From: Microcystaceae cyanobacterium
GTDB taxonomy: Bacteria > Cyanobacteriota > Cyanobacteriia > Cyanobacteriales > Microcystaceae
Length of the DNA stretch: 64,000 nucleotides
NCBI GenBank assembly: GCA_041746575.1
Contig: JBGTGT010000022.1
Coordinates: 9,991 to 73,990 of the forward strand
Direction: 5' to 3'
The notes beneath the pieces were generated by a model, which saw nothing but the letters and a program-made list of their open reading frames with translations, made no database searches and was not told the DNA's origin. This document shows positions 42,384 to 54,091 of the stretch, piece after piece; the stretch's first letter is position 1, and each line of letters begins with the position of its first letter. A program made the position numbers and the translations under genes.

Positions 42384-42638
42384 GGCTTAAACTCCTAATT
42401 CGCTGGATAGACTGATTGTTTTAACCTTTTCAGGGAGATCATTAGGGAACTAACTTCTATTATGCCAGTTTAATTCCTGTTACCCAATCCATCAGGCTTG
42501 GCGCAAATGATCGTGTGAGACGACTGCGCATAGGTATTGTTCTCTAAATCTAAAAAAAAGCGAGACGCTTTTCCCCTTTCCTTCTCAACCTCAATTACGA
42601 TATGTTAAGAAGTACAAATAACTAGCCTCAAAGACACT

Positions 42639-44669
42639 ATGGATTCACTTTATCAATATGCTTGGCTTATTCCCGTTTTACCTCTATTAGGGGCAATGGT
42701 GGTAGGTTCTGGGCTAATTTCTTTTAATGAAGCGACGAATCGCCTCAGACAAGTTAATTCAGTCTTTATCGTCTCTTTATTGGGCGCATCCATGGTGATG
42801 TCCTTTGCCCTTCTGTGGAGTCAAATTCAAGGTCATGCAACCTATCAACGGATGTTTGAGTGGGCATCGGCAGGAAATTTTCATCTCCAGATGGGTTATG
42901 CTATCGACCCCCTCAGTGCGTTAATGTGCGTAATTGTGACCACGGTGGCCTTTTTGGTAATGATTTATACTGATGGTTACATGGCACATGATCCGAGTTA
43001 TGTGCGTTTTTATGCGTATTTAAGCATTTTTAGTTCTTCTATGTTGGGATTGGTTATCAGTCCCAATTTAGTGCAGGTTTACATCTTCTGGGAACTGGTG
43101 GGGATGTGTTCCTATCTCCTCATCGGCTTCTGGTTTGACCGTCCAGCGGCCGCCGAAGCGTGTCAAAAAGCCTTTGTTACCAACCGCGTTGGGGATTTTG
43201 GCTTATTGTTAGGGATGCTGGGTTTATATTGGGCAACGGGAAGCTTTGAATTCGATGTCATGGGAGAAAGATTAACCGAATTGGTCAATACAGGCGCAAT
43301 TGCTCCAACTTTGGCAATTTTATTTGGTATTTTAGTTTTTCTTGGCCCTGTGGCTAAATCGGCTCAATTTCCTCTCCACGTTTGGCTACCCGATGCCATG
43401 GAAGGCCCCACTCCTATTTCTGCGCTAATTCACGCGGCAACAATGGTGGCGGCAGGAGTATTCTTAGTTGCGAGAATGTATCCTGTTTTTGAGCATATTC
43501 CCTCGGTCATGACGCTTATTGCGTGGACAGGGGCATTTACAGCCTTTTTAGGGGCAACGATCGCCTTAACCCAAAATGATATTAAGAAGGGGTTAGCGTA
43601 TTCGACTATTTCTCAACTAGGGTATATGACCTTAGCCATGGGAATTGGCGCATATACCGCCGGTTTATTTCATCTAATGACCCATGCTTACTTCAAAGCG
43701 ATGTTATTTCTTTGTTCTGGGTCAGTTATCCACGGCATGGAAGGGACAGTTGGACATGATCCCGTTTTAGCCCAAGATATGCGCTTAATGGGGGGATTAC
43801 GCAAGTTTATGCCCTTGACGTCCCTTAGTTTCCTCATAGGAACGCTGGCTATCTGCGGGATTCCGCCTTTTGCTGGTTTTTGGTCGAAAGATGAAATCCT
43901 ACATTTGGCTTTTGAAGCAAATCCTATTTTATGGTTTATTGGGTGGGGAACGGCCGGATTGACGGCATTTTATATGTTCCGTATGTACTTTATGACCTTT
44001 GAAGGGGAATTTCGGGGCAATGATAAGGATATCCAACAAAAGCTATTGAACGCGGCAGAGGTTACCCTAGAACCCGCTTTCGGCCCCGGCGCAATGGATA
44101 TTGAAGAACACGGACACAGTCACGGCGGAAAACCCCATGAATCACCGTTAACCATGACTTTGCCCCTACTTATTCTAGCGATTCCTTCGACATTCATCGG
44201 TTTAGTCGGCATTCCTTGGCAAAATCGTTTTGAACACTTAATCTACGCTCCAGGGGAAGCCGTAGAAGAAGTCAGTCACTTCAATTGGACGGAATTTCTC
44301 TTAATGGGAGGCAGTTCCGTGGGAATTGCTTTAATCGGCATTACTATCGCTATTTTGATGTATTTACAGCACAAAATTGATCCAAAAGCGATCGCCGATA
44401 AATACCCAGCTTTGTATCAATTGTCCCTCAATAAGTGGTATTTCGACGACATTTATGACCAAGTCTTTGTAACGGGATGTCGCCGTTTAGCGCGTCAAAT
44501 TATGGAGGTTGACTACCGTGTTATTGACGGAGCAGTGAATTTAACGGGTTTAGCCACGATTGTCAGTGGAGAAGGCTTGAAATACCTTGAAAATGGTCGC
44601 GCTCAGTTTTACGCTTTGATTGTCTTTGCGGCAGTCTTAGGCTTTGTGATTGTGTTTAGTGTCGTTTAA
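42639..44669 (+). CDS. ndhF1: NDH-1 subunit F1
   Basis: YQYAWLIPVLP, WELVGMCSYLLIGFW, KSAQFPLHVWLPDAMEGPTPISALIHAATMV, GRAQFYAL. Confidence 0.96.
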   Translation: MDSLYQYAWLIPVLPLLGAMVVGSGLISFNEATNRLRQVNSVFIVSLLGASMVMSFALLWSQIQGHATYQRMFEWASAGNFHLQMGYAIDPLSALMCVIVTTVAFLVMIYTDGYMAHDPSYVRFYAYLSIFSSSMLGLVISPNLVQVYIFWELVGMCSYLLIGFWFDRPAAAEACQKAFVTNRVGDFGLLLGMLGLYWATGSFEFDVMGERLTELVNTGAIAPTLAILFGILVFLGPVAKSAQFPLHVWLPDAMEGPTPISALIHAATMVAAGVFLVARMYPVFEHIPSVMTLIAWTGAFTAFLGATIALTQNDIKKGLAYSTISQLGYMTLAMGIGAYTAGLFHLMTHAYFKAMLFLCSGSVIHGMEGTVGHDPVLAQDMRLMGGLRKFMPLTSLSFLIGTLAICGIPPFAGFWSKDEILHLAFEANPILWFIGWGTAGLTAFYMFRMYFMTFEGEFRGNDKDIQQKLLNAAEVTLEPAFGPGAMDIEEHGHSHGGKPHESPLTMTLPLLILAIPSTFIGLVGIPWQNRFEHLIYAPGEAVEEVSHFNWTEFLLMGGSSVGIALIGITIAILMYLQHKIDPKAIADKYPALYQLSLNKWYFDDIYDQVFVTGCRRLARQIMEVDYRVIDGAVNLTGLATIVSGEGLKYLENGRAQFYALIVFAAVLGFVIVFSVV

Positions 44670-44680
44670 CCGTTAATTGG

Positions 44681-44720
44681 GTAGGGTGGGCGTTTTTGTC
44701 CACCTTTTCTTTTTTTCTCT
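44681..44720 (+). terminator. REP-like hairpin acting as terminator after ndhF1
   Basis: gtagggtgggcg-tttt-tgtccacc followed by T runs. Confidence 0.75.
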
Positions 44721-44883
44721 ATCTCTTGCTCAAATAAAAAATTAATGGCTAAAGCCCTAAGTGTGACGTTTAAAAAAATGACTTACTGTCTTTAAAAGGG
44801 AATAAATCTCAGATTATAATGGGCTAAAACGTATTCAAACTAGCTATTTCTTAAATTAATGCACCATTTGATTTAAAATCGTT

Positions 44884-46797
44884 ATGACTCAATTAGTTAA
44901 TTATTCCACCATGAACCATTTATCAGCCATCTGGCCGATCGCCGCCCAACGCTTTTCTGATATCGTCGCTCTTGATAATCCCCACAGTAAACCAGAAGTT
45001 AAACTCACCTATCAAGAATTGTGGGCGAAAATCCAGCAATTTGCCGCAGGATTGCAAGCACTAGGCGTTAAAGCATCTGATAAAGTTTCTCTATTTGCCG
45101 ATAATAGTCCTCGTTGGTTTATAGCCGACCAAGGAATTATGACCACAGGTGCAGCCAATGTGGTACGGTCTTCTCAAGCCGATCAACAAGAGTTATTATA
45201 TATTCTGCAAGATAGTGATAGTAATACCTTAATCGCTGAAGATTTAAAAACCTATAAGAAATTAAAAGACCATATAAGCAATATTTCCCTAGAAAGAATT
45301 ATTCTTCTTTCTGATGAAAACATCGAAACAGAAGAATCTGTTAAAGTCTTAAATTTTAGCCAATTAATGGAAGTAGGCGCAAATTCCAACTTAATTCCGA
45401 TTGAAATTTCTAAAGATTCCCTCGCAACCCTCATTTATACCTCTGGAACAACAGGACAACCAAAGGGGGCAATGTTATCCCATGGCAACTTACTTCATCA
45501 AGTCACCACCCTCGATGCTATCATTCAACCGCAACCGGGAAATACGGTCTTAAGCATTTTACCGCCTTGGCACGCTTATGAAAGAAGTGCAGAGTATTTT
45601 CTGCTCTCTCAAGGTTGCACGATGGTTTACACCAGTATTCGCACGTTTAAAAACGATTTAAAGAACTTTAAACCCCATCACATGATAGGTGTCCCCCGTC
45701 TTTGGGAATCTCTTTATGAAGGTATTCAAAAGAACTTTCGAGATCAACCTGAAAGTCGTCAAAAATTAATAACATTTTTCTTGAATATTTCAGAAAATTA
45801 CATAATCAACAAACGTATCGCTAATAAGTTAAGCCTTGATCACCTTCATGCTTCTAGTATTGAGCGTTTAATAGCAGATTTAAAAGCAATTGCCCTTTTT
45901 CCGCTTCATGCCTTAGGAGACAAACTGGTTTACCAAAAAATTCGGGAAGCAACAGGGGGAAGGGTTGAAACTTTCGTGAGTGGTGGAGGTTCATTAGCGA
46001 AACATTTAGACACCTTTTACGAAATTGTCAATGTTCCCCTCTTAGTGGGGTATGGTCTAACCGAAACGTCTCCTGTCACTAACGCACGTACTTTAACGCA
46101 TAATTTAAGAGGGTCTTCAGGTCGTCCGATTCCGCAAACAGACATTCGTATTGTTGATCTAGATACTAAACAAATTCTACCCCCAGAACAGCGAGGTTTG
46201 GTGTTAATTCGTGGACCTCAAGTCATGCAAGGGTATTATCAAAAACCCGAAGCGACGGCGAAGGCGATTGATGCCGAAGGATGGTTTAATAGTGGCGATT
46301 TAGGATGGGTTACCCAGCAAAATGATTTAGTTTTAACGGGGCGTGCCAAGGATACTATTGTTTTATCCAATGGCGAAAATATTGAACCGCAACCGATTGA
46401 AGATGCTTGCGTTCGGAGTCCTTACATTGATCAAATTATGCTGGTCGGTCAAGATCAAAAGGCATTAGGAGCTTTAATTGTTCCCAACGTGGAAGCATTA
46501 CAAAAATGGGCAGATAGTAAAAAGCTAAGCGTAAAATTCCCACAATCGGCTGATTCTTCTGCTGAAATTCCACAAAGTGATTGGTATAATGGGTCTGTCG
46601 TTGATCTATTTCGCCAAGAATTGAAGCGAGAGATCAAAAATCGCCCCGGTTATCGTCCTGATGATCAAATTAAGAGCTTTGAGTTTATTTTAGAGCCTTT
46701 TTCCCTTGAAAATGGTATGATGACCCAAACTTTGAAGGTTAAGCGTCCAGTCGTCACCCAACGTTACCAACACTTAATCAATCAAATGTTTGATTAG
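44884..46797 (+). CDS. aas: Acyl-ACP synthetase / long-chain fatty acid ligase
   Basis: YTSGTTGQPKG, GYGLTE, SGDLG, GRAKDTIVLSNGENIEP, TLKVKR. Confidence 0.85.
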   Translation: MTQLVNYSTMNHLSAIWPIAAQRFSDIVALDNPHSKPEVKLTYQELWAKIQQFAAGLQALGVKASDKVSLFADNSPRWFIADQGIMTTGAANVVRSSQADQQELLYILQDSDSNTLIAEDLKTYKKLKDHISNISLERIILLSDENIETEESVKVLNFSQLMEVGANSNLIPIEISKDSLATLIYTSGTTGQPKGAMLSHGNLLHQVTTLDAIIQPQPGNTVLSILPPWHAYERSAEYFLLSQGCTMVYTSIRTFKNDLKNFKPHHMIGVPRLWESLYEGIQKNFRDQPESRQKLITFFLNISENYIINKRIANKLSLDHLHASSIERLIADLKAIALFPLHALGDKLVYQKIREATGGRVETFVSGGGSLAKHLDTFYEIVNVPLLVGYGLTETSPVTNARTLTHNLRGSSGRPIPQTDIRIVDLDTKQILPPEQRGLVLIRGPQVMQGYYQKPEATAKAIDAEGWFNSGDLGWVTQQNDLVLTGRAKDTIVLSNGENIEPQPIEDACVRSPYIDQIMLVGQDQKALGALIVPNVEALQKWADSKKLSVKFPQSADSSAEIPQSDWYNGSVVDLFRQELKREIKNRPGYRPDDQIKSFEFILEPFSLENGMMTQTLKVKRPVVTQRYQHLINQMFD

Positions 46798-46911
46798 AAG
46801 GTGTTTTTCTAAAATTGGGTTGATTAATTGTTACAGAAAAACAAGCAATGGCGATCGCTCAGAAATCTCTAAAGCGGTACTATTAGGTACATAATCGCAA
46901 ATATAGTATCA

Positions 46912-47023
46912 TTGCCCACTCTGATTAATTTGAAAGATGATTAGGGAATTTTGTGGTCAAATATCTTAGATTATTTCTATAATTAGGCGATTTTTCCAGT
47001 TTGAAGATTTCACAAGCGATCTC
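46912..47023 (+). repeat. REP-derived ~155-bp repeat, copy 1 (degenerate, right half recognisable)
   Basis: ttgcccac...gtggtcaaatatcttagattat...gatttttccagtttgaagatttcacaa, ending in HIP1 variant gcgatctc. Confidence 0.65.
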
Positions 47024-47024
47024 T

Positions 47025-47249
47025 TCAAGCAACTTGATCCTGATAAACTTTAGGTATGGGTAAAGGTTCTCCTGCTAATTGGTAATCCTCGATTAATAAT
47101 TCTAATACTTCTACGCCGTTGGTCACAGCTTCTTCATAAGAATCACCATGAGTTCGCCATTTTTGACCTATGAAGTCGGGAAATCCTACTAAATAACAAT
47201 TGTTTTCTTCTGACCATTGAATAATCATTGTGTATTTAAGTTTATTCAT
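47025..47249 (-). CDS. hicB: HicB family antitoxin (short form)
   Basis: YTMIIQWSEE..YLVGFPD...THGDSYEEA...GEPLP. Confidence 0.9.
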   Translation of the reverse strand: MNKLKYTMIIQWSEENNCYLVGFPDFIGQKWRTHGDSYEEAVTNGVEVLELLIEDYQLAGEPLPIPKVYQDQVA

Positions 47250-47454
47250 TTTCTTGTTTCCTTTTGACTTCTTGGATGGCGTTTAAAACTTCTTTTTCTA
47301 AATAAATTTTAGCATCTGAGCTATCTTTTCCTGAAATTGTGATTCTTCCTTCATATAAAGGATGATACCAGTTTGAATGACTACCTTTGCCAGTACGAGA
47401 GGCAAATCCTGCTTTTTGTAACATTTTTTTGAGTTCTCGGATTTTCTGGGGCAT
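47242..47454 (-). CDS. hicA: HicA family mRNA interferase toxin
   Basis: ELKKMLQKAGF..GKGSH; overlaps hicB. Confidence 0.9.
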   Translation of the reverse strand: MPQKIRELKKMLQKAGFASRTGKGSHSNWYHPLYEGRITISGKDSSDAKIYLEKEVLNAIQEVKRKQENE

Positions 47455-47530
47455 TGATGAATATTGACACGATTTTTAATTATAGTTTATGTTAGTTATG
47501 TTAAAACATAGCAATCGCACTTTCTCAAGA

Positions 47531-47685
47531 GTAGAACGGGCAAGCATCGTTAATTTAGATGACACAGAATAACATTAATCGCTTGCTCACCAAAAGATTA
47601 AGATAATATCCCAAAGGTGAAATGGTGGTCAAAAATCTTGGATTATCCCATTCATTGATTGATTTTTCCAATTTAAAGATTTTAC
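47531..47685 (+). repeat. REP-derived ~155-bp repeat, copy 2
   Basis: gtagaacgggcaagc...gcttgctcaccaaaagattaagataa...ttac; colinear with copy 3. Confidence 0.85.
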
Positions 47686-47740
47686 AGGTGTTGTTAATTT
47701 ATGTTATCTTCAACTTGATAAATAATTCCATATTAATTAG

Positions 47741-47974
47741 ATGGTAAAAAGAGACAAGCTACTTCAGCGTCTTAAAAATAGTCCTAACAATGTTACATTT
47801 CAGGAAATTCGCAAATTATTAGAACTGGAAGGCTTTATTCTTGATAGAATTACAGGAAGTCATCATATTTTTACAAAAGCTGATATTGTTTTTGTGATTC
47901 CTGTTCATCGCAACCGAGTCAAAAGCGTTTATATTAGAAGAGTTATAGAATTGATTGAAGGAGACGAAACATGA
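47741..47974 (+). CDS. hicA: HicA family toxin
   Basis: VTFQEIRKLLELEGF..RITGSHHIF..IPVH. Confidence 0.9.
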   Translation: MVKRDKLLQRLKNSPNNVTFQEIRKLLELEGFILDRITGSHHIFTKADIVFVIPVHRNRVKSVYIRRVIELIEGDET

Positions 47975-48186
47975 ATTATCCAATGATTATTTATCCCTGT
48001 GAAGAAGGTGGGTTTGTTGCTGAAATTCCTGCGCTAAAAGGTTGTTTAGCACAAGGAGAGACTTTACAGGAAACGCTAGAAGAATTAATGATTGTCAAGG
48101 AATTATGGTTAGAAACCGCACACAAAAAAGGTCAAATACTTCCTGATGTTGAAGGAGAAATGGCGAAAATTAAAGCTCTTAGTTAA
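47971..48186 (+). CDS. hicB: HicB family antitoxin (short form)
   Basis: EEGGFVAEIPALKGCLAQGETLQE; ATGA overlap with hicA. Confidence 0.9.
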   Translation: MNYPMIIYPCEEGGFVAEIPALKGCLAQGETLQETLEELMIVKELWLETAHKKGQILPDVEGEMAKIKALS

Positions 48187-48201
48187 TTAAAACATCATAA
48201 G

Positions 48202-48357
48202 GTAGAATTGAAAAGCATAGTTAATTTAGATGATACAGAATAATATTAATAGCTTGCCCACCAAAAGATTAAGATAAATATCCCGAAGGTGAAATTATGG
48301 GCAATAACCTTGGATTATTTCGTTAATTGATTGATTTTCCCAATTTTCATACTCTAC
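48202..48357 (+). repeat. REP-derived ~155-bp repeat, copy 3
   Basis: gtag...gcttgcccaccaaaagattaagataaa...ctac, then HIP1 variant gcgatcac at 48360. Confidence 0.85.
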
Positions 48358-49040
48358 AAGCGATCACACTTACAAGTGGTCGCCTTAAGCTTTTTTCGGG
48401 TCGCAGAAGCAACACCCAACAAACCTAAACCAAGTAAACTTAAGATAGAGGAAGATTCAGGAACTGGAGGAATATCGTCGGGTATATGTACTCCCGTTAA
48501 AGTAAATGTGATGTCGTCATTTTCTGTAGGATAACTGTACAAAAGAGCGTATAGATCAGTATGTTCTGGTAAGTGTTCTTCAGATTTCAGAAGTAATTGT
48601 TGACTCATATTACCAGTTACGGGTAGTCCTGTAAATCCACCTCCCGGAAAGCTTTGAATACCCGATAATCGTCGATTGAGTAGAGTACCATTGTCGTTAT
48701 CAGTATCGTCGGCTGGAACTACATGTTGAGCAGAAACAAAAAAATCATAACCATTTACTTCATTGTCACTAAAAAATACCGAAAAATCCCAGCAAATTCC
48801 ATTATTAAATGGGCAGGTCTGTGCAAAATCACTTCTGCTTATACCAAATAACAATTCTGAGGCATCATTAGTACCATCCCATGAAAAAGTAGCAGTAAAG
48901 GAACTTCTGTTGTCCGCTAAACTGACATCAACAAAAGAACTTGCTTGAGCATTTGCGAAAGGTATTAAGGTAGCAAAAATTAGTCCTGTTGCCATTAAGC
49001 CGCTTTTAGGCTGAATTAATCTTATGAATAGTTGAGTCAT
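48354..49040 (-). CDS. PEP-CTERM protein
   Basis: Signal peptide ending AQA-S; PVPESSSILSLLGLGLLGVASATRKK; start uncertain (49040 chosen). Confidence 0.85.
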   Translation of the reverse strand: MTQLFIRLIQPKSGLMATGLIFATLIPFANAQASSFVDVSLADNRSSFTATFSWDGTNDASELLFGISRSDFAQTCPFNNGICWDFSVFFSDNEVNGYDFFVSAQHVVPADDTDNDNGTLLNRRLSGIQSFPGGGFTGLPVTGNMSQQLLLKSEEHLPEHTDLYALLYSYPTENDDITFTLTGVHIPDDIPPVPESSSILSLLGLGLLGVASATRKKLKATTCKCDRL

Positions 49041-49417
49041 GATTTTGCTAGAGAATGGTCTTAACATACAAGTCAAGTTTTTAAACAAGTCAAGTACAGA
49101 ACAGAGTATATAGCGTTGAATTAAAATTTGCAATCAACATTAATCTTTACTTAACTTAGCTTAATATTTGGCAAAATTCTATTCTTTAGAGTGTTTCAGT
49201 CTATCTCAAAACCCTATTGATCAACCTCGTAAACTTTTATTACAATAAAGAGTCCGAACCCTTTACCCTAATCCATCGGTAAAGTATCAATATCCATTGA
49301 CATCAAGCCCCATATAGACAAAATCCGATTGAGAAAGCGATATAATAAAATACCTTCAATCATATTGTCATTTCTCCCCAATATATCCCGTCAATCCTCA
49401 AAACCACTCAAAAAACC

Positions 49418-52400
49418 ATGACCAAACCTCGTATTAACTCCCTCACCACCCCTTCCCCCCAACCTTGGCTAGACTATGAAAGAGACGCTTGCGGTGTTGG
49501 CTTTATTGCGGACGTAAAAGGTCAAGGAAGCCATAATTTAATCAAACAAGCACTAAAAGCGTTAGGATGCTTAGAACATCGTGGTGGATGTAGTGCAGAC
49601 TACGATTCTGGGGATGGTTCGGGGGTGATGACAGGGATTCCCAGAGATGTCTTTAAAGCATGGTTTGAGGAGAAAGGGATAAATATGCCTCCCGTGGAGC
49701 AATTAGGTGTAGGAATGGTGTTTTTGCCCCAAAATGAAAAAGAACGCCAAGAAGCTTGTCAACACATTGAAGCGGTGATTAATACTAAAAATTTAGAGGT
49801 GTTGGGATGGCGTGAAGTTCCCGTAAAACCTGAAGTATTGGGACGGCAAGCACGGGAAAATATGCCTTATATTGCCCAAATTATGGTACAATGTTCCCAA
49901 GGATTAGCAGGGGATGACCTAGATCGAGTTCTCTACATCGCACGGTCTTATGTGGGTAAAATGTTAAAGGATGATTTTTATATCTGTTCCTTTTCTTGTC
50001 GTACCATTGTCTATAAAGGGATGGTCAGAAGTGTTGTCTTAGGAGAATTTTACGACGATTTAGTCAATTCCGCCTATAGTAGTCAATTTGCTATCTATCA
50101 CCGTCGTTTTAGTACCAACACCATGCCCAAATGGCCCTTTGCTCAGCCGATGCGATTATTAGGACATAACGGCGAAATTAACACCCTTTTAGGCAATATT
50201 AACTGGATGTCCACCCGTGAGCGTAATTTAAATGTACCAGGATGGGAAAACGAAGATTTAGAAGCGTTAACCCCTGTAGTGAATGCAGCCAATAGTGACT
50301 CCTATAATTTAGATAGTACGATGGAGTTATTAGTCCGCACTGGGCGCACACCTTTAGAGGCGGTGATGATTCTTGTGCCGGAAGCCTATCAAAATCAACC
50401 CGATTTGCAAGATAAGCCTGAAATTGTAGATTTTTACCAATATTATAGCGGCTTAAAAGAACCTTGGGATGGGCCTGCCTTATTGGTATTCAGCGATGGT
50501 AAGCGTGTGGGTGCGTGCTTAGACCGTAACGGGTTGCGTCCGGCGCGTTATATTATTACGAAGGATGATTATGTGGTCGTTGCTAGTGAAGCGGGGGTAG
50601 TCGATTTACCCGAAAGCGAGGTGGCCGAAAAAGGTAGACTTGGCCCCGGCCAAATGATTGCAGTTGATTTAAATACGCAAGAAATCTTGAAAAACTGGCA
50701 AATTAAAGAGCGCATCGCTTCAAAAAAACCTTATGGTGACTGGTTGAAGCAGTATCGTCATGTTTTAACCCCTCAATCCTTTACGGAAACCGCTGAAAAT
50801 AACGCTCTCTTACAACAACAAACCGCCTTTGGTTACACGGCGGAAGACGTGGATATGATTTTAGTCCCAATGGCGACGCAAGGGAAAGAGCCTACCTTTT
50901 GCATGGGGGACGACATCCCGTTAGCGGTACTTTCTGACAAACCTCGCCTACTTTACGACTATTTTAAGCAAAGATTCGCTCAAGTGACGAATCCTCCTAT
51001 TGATCCTTTACGGGAAAATTTGGTCATGTCTTTGGGAATGTTACTAGGAGAACGGGGTAATTTACTGCACATCAAAGCAGAAGATGCCAAATTAATCGAA
51101 TTATTTAGTCCTGTCATTAATAACGCAGAATTAAACGAAATTAAAGCGTCTGACATTACAAGTGTAGAATTATCAACCCTATTTGAGATTACATCAGGTC
51201 CGTATGGATTGAAAACGGCTATTGATAACCTCTGCCGATCTGCGGTAAATTCGGTTAAAAATGGGGTCAAAATCTTAATTCTAACTGACCGTAGTGGAAT
51301 AGACGAAAATAATTCTTATATTCCTCCTTTGCTTGCGGTGGGTGCAGTTCATCATCACTTAATCAAAGAGGGGTTACGTCTCAAAGCCTCCCTAATTGTA
51401 GATACGGCACAATGTTGGAGTACCCATCACTTTGCTTGTTTAATTGGCTACGGAGCTTCTGCTATTTGTCCTTATTTAGCTCTAGAATCCATTAGAATAT
51501 GGTGGAATGATGCTAAAACTCAAAATTTGATGGCGAATGGCAAGCTAGAATCTGTCAATTTGCAAGAAGCATTAAATAACTTCCGCAAGTCTATCGAAGC
51601 TGGATTGTTCAAAATCCTCTCCAAAATGGGTATTTCTCTGCTATCCTCCTATCATGGAGCGCAAATCTTCGAGGCGATTGGCTTAGGGCAGGATTTAGTC
51701 GATACTGGGTTTAAAGGGACGACAAGTCGGGTGGGTGGTTTAAGTATTGCTGAATTAGCCCAAGAAATTATTAATTTACATTGTCAAGCCTTTCCCAATT
51801 TAACCGCCAAGAAACTGGAAAACTACGGTTTTGTCAATTATCGTCCGGGTGGTGAATATCACATGAATTCTCCGGAGATGGCGAAATATCTCCACAAAGC
51901 AGTAGAAGCTTATAAAATTGGCGGCAATGGTACAAATGCAGAAGCCTACGACCATTATGCTCTCTATCAAAAATACTCAGCAGAACGTCCAGTAACAGCC
52001 TTACGAGATCTTTTAACGTTTAACCCAGATCGCTCCCCTATTCCGATTGAGGAAGTTGAACCCGTCGAAAATATGCTTAAACGCTTCTGTACAGGGGGTA
52101 TGTCTCTTGGGGCATTGTCACGGGAAGCTCATGAGACTTTAGCCATTGCAATGAACCGAATTGGCGGAAAATCGAACTCAGGAGAAGGTGGCGAAGATCC
52201 TACGCGCTTTATTATCCTTAATGATGTGGACGATGAGGGTAAATCTCCAACATTTTCTCATCTTAAAGGTTTGAGAAGCGGTGACATAGCGAGTTCTGCT
52301 ATTAAACAGATTGCATCGGGGCGTTTTGGCGTAACTCCTGAATATTTGATGAATGCCAAGCAATTAGAGATTAAAATGGCACAAGGGGCAAAACCCGGTG

Positions 52401-54028
52401 AAGGGGGGCAATTACCCGGTAAAAAAGTCAGTTCTTATATTGCCATGTTACGGCGTTCTAAGCCCGGTGTTACCCTCATTTCACCCCCACCTCACCATGA
52501 CATCTACTCCATTGAAGACTTAGCGCAGTTAATCACCGATTTACACCAAATTAACCCCCAAGCAAAAGTATCCGTTAAACTGGTAGCGGAAATTGGCATC
52601 GGCACGATTGCAGCAGGGGTAGCTAAGGCTAACGCTGATATTATCCAGATTTCAGGACATGATGGCGGCACAGGCGCATCCCCGTTAAGTTCTATTAAAC
52701 ACGCCGGATGTCCTTGGGAATTAGGGGTAACAGAAGTCCATCGGATGCTGTTGGAAAATCAACTGCGTGAGCGCGTTATTTTGCGAGCTGACGGGGGTTT
52801 AAAGACAGGATGGGATGTAATGATGGCAGCATTGATGGGAGCTGAAGAATACGGCTTCGGTTCGATTGCGATGATCGCAGAAGGCTGTATCATGGCGCGT
52901 ATCTGCCACACAAATAACTGTCCAGTAGGTGTCGCAACCCAACAAGAGAAGCTACGGGCAAGATTTAAGGGCGTTCCCGCAGATGTTGTCAATTTCTTCT
53001 ACTTTATTGCCGAAGAAGTCCGTTCTATCTTGGCGCAATTGGGTTACCGGACTTTAAATGAAGTAATTGGTCGTTCTGATCTCTTAAAACAGCGTAGCGA
53101 TGTAAAAGTGAGCAAAACGGCAGGAATGAATGTAGATTGCTTAATTCGCCTACCTGATGTTAAAGAAGACCGTACTTGGCTCAATCATGAAGACGTTCAC
53201 AGTAACGGGGATGTCTTAGATGATCAGATCCTAGCAAATGCAGATATCAGGGCGGCCATTAACCATCAAGGATCAATTACCAAAGAGATGGAGATTTTGA
53301 ACACAAATCGCTCTGTAGGCGGTCGTATATCTGGGGTTATTGCTAAAAAATATGGGAATTCGGGGTTTGAAGGTCAAATTACTTTGAAATTCAAAGGTTC
53401 GGCCGGTCAAAGTTTCGGACTATTTAACTTGCCGGGGATGATTTTGCATCTCGAAGGGGAAGCGAATGACTATGTCGGTAAAGGAATGCACGGAGGCGAA
53501 ATTATTATTATTCCACCAAAAGAGGCTAACTATACCCCAGAAAATAATGTTATTCTTGGTAATACCTGCTTATATGGGGCAACAGGGGGCGTTATTTATG
53601 CCAATGGTATCGCAGGGGAACGCTTTGCAGTGCGAAATTCGATGGCTAAGGCAGTGATTGAAGGCGCAGGAGATCACTGTTGCGAATACATGACTGGGGG
53701 CGTTATTGTCGTCTTAGGGAACGTTGGGCGTAATGTGGGTGCAGGAATGACGGGGGGATTAGGGTATTTTCTCGATGAAAGCGGAAATTTCCCCGAAAAA
53801 GTCAATTATGAGATAGTTAAGTTACAACGGGTATGCACTTATGCCGGAAAAGCACAATTAAAAGACTTAATTACGACTCATGTCGAACGTACAGGAAGTC
53901 CGAAAGGGAAGCATATTTTAGCAAATTGGGCGCAATATTTACCTCAATTCTGGCAAGTTGTTCCTCCCTCGGAAGCCGATAGTGCGGAGGCAAAAACAGA
54001 ACACGAAAAAACCTTAACCTCTGTTTAA
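49418..54028 (+). CDS. glsF: Ferredoxin-dependent glutamate synthase
   Basis: [53 protein letters not shown]; no small subunit adjacent. Confidence 0.95.
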   Translation: MTKPRINSLTTPSPQPWLDYERDACGVGFIADVKGQGSHNLIKQALKALGCLEHRGGCSADYDSGDGSGVMTGIPRDVFKAWFEEKGINMPPVEQLGVGMVFLPQNEKERQEACQHIEAVINTKNLEVLGWREVPVKPEVLGRQARENMPYIAQIMVQCSQGLAGDDLDRVLYIARSYVGKMLKDDFYICSFSCRTIVYKGMVRSVVLGEFYDDLVNSAYSSQFAIYHRRFSTNTMPKWPFAQPMRLLGHNGEINTLLGNINWMSTRERNLNVPGWENEDLEALTPVVNAANSDSYNLDSTMELLVRTGRTPLEAVMILVPEAYQNQPDLQDKPEIVDFYQYYSGLKEPWDGPALLVFSDGKRVGACLDRNGLRPARYIITKDDYVVVASEAGVVDLPESEVAEKGRLGPGQMIAVDLNTQEILKNWQIKERIASKKPYGDWLKQYRHVLTPQSFTETAENNALLQQQTAFGYTAEDVDMILVPMATQGKEPTFCMGDDIPLAVLSDKPRLLYDYFKQRFAQVTNPPIDPLRENLVMSLGMLLGERGNLLHIKAEDAKLIELFSPVINNAELNEIKASDITSVELSTLFEITSGPYGLKTAIDNLCRSAVNSVKNGVKILILTDRSGIDENNSYIPPLLAVGAVHHHLIKEGLRLKASLIVDTAQCWSTHHFACLIGYGASAICPYLALESIRIWWNDAKTQNLMANGKLESVNLQEALNNFRKSIEAGLFKILSKMGISLLSSYHGAQIFEAIGLGQDLVDTGFKGTTSRVGGLSIAELAQEIINLHCQAFPNLTAKKLENYGFVNYRPGGEYHMNSPEMAKYLHKAVEAYKIGGNGTNAEAYDHYALYQKYSAERPVTALRDLLTFNPDRSPIPIEEVEPVENMLKRFCTGGMSLGALSREAHETLAIAMNRIGGKSNSGEGGEDPTRFIILNDVDDEGKSPTFSHLKGLRSGDIASSAIKQIASGRFGVTPEYLMNAKQLEIKMAQGAKPGEGGQLPGKKVSSYIAMLRRSKPGVTLISPPPHHDIYSIEDLAQLITDLHQINPQAKVSVKLVAEIGIGTIAAGVAKANADIIQISGHDGGTGASPLSSIKHAGCPWELGVTEVHRMLLENQLRERVILRADGGLKTGWDVMMAALMGAEEYGFGSIAMIAEGCIMARICHTNNCPVGVATQQEKLRARFKGVPADVVNFFYFIAEEVRSILAQLGYRTLNEVIGRSDLLKQRSDVKVSKTAGMNVDCLIRLPDVKEDRTWLNHEDVHSNGDVLDDQILANADIRAAINHQGSITKEMEILNTNRSVGGRISGVIAKKYGNSGFEGQITLKFKGSAGQSFGLFNLPGMILHLEGEANDYVGKGMHGGEIIIIPPKEANYTPENNVILGNTCLYGATGGVIYANGIAGERFAVRNSMAKAVIEGAGDHCCEYMTGGVIVVLGNVGRNVGAGMTGGLGYFLDESGNFPEKVNYEIVKLQRVCTYAGKAQLKDLITTHVERTGSPKGKHILANWAQYLPQFWQVVPPSEADSAEAKTEHEKTLTSV

Positions 54029-54061
54029 TTTTAAGACTAAAATTGCCTTAATTATTGATTT

Positions 54062-54091
54062 GGGGTGGGCCAATTAGTCCACTCCTTTTTT
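54062..54091 (+). terminator. REP-like terminator after glsF
   Basis: ggggtgggc-caatta-gtccactcc-tttttt. Confidence 0.75.

Noticed and set aside
46912..48357. Repeats around HicAB as a CRISPR array or attC sites
   Set aside because: Units too long and spacers are whole genes; no cas genes; no RYYYAAC/GTTRRRY cores seen
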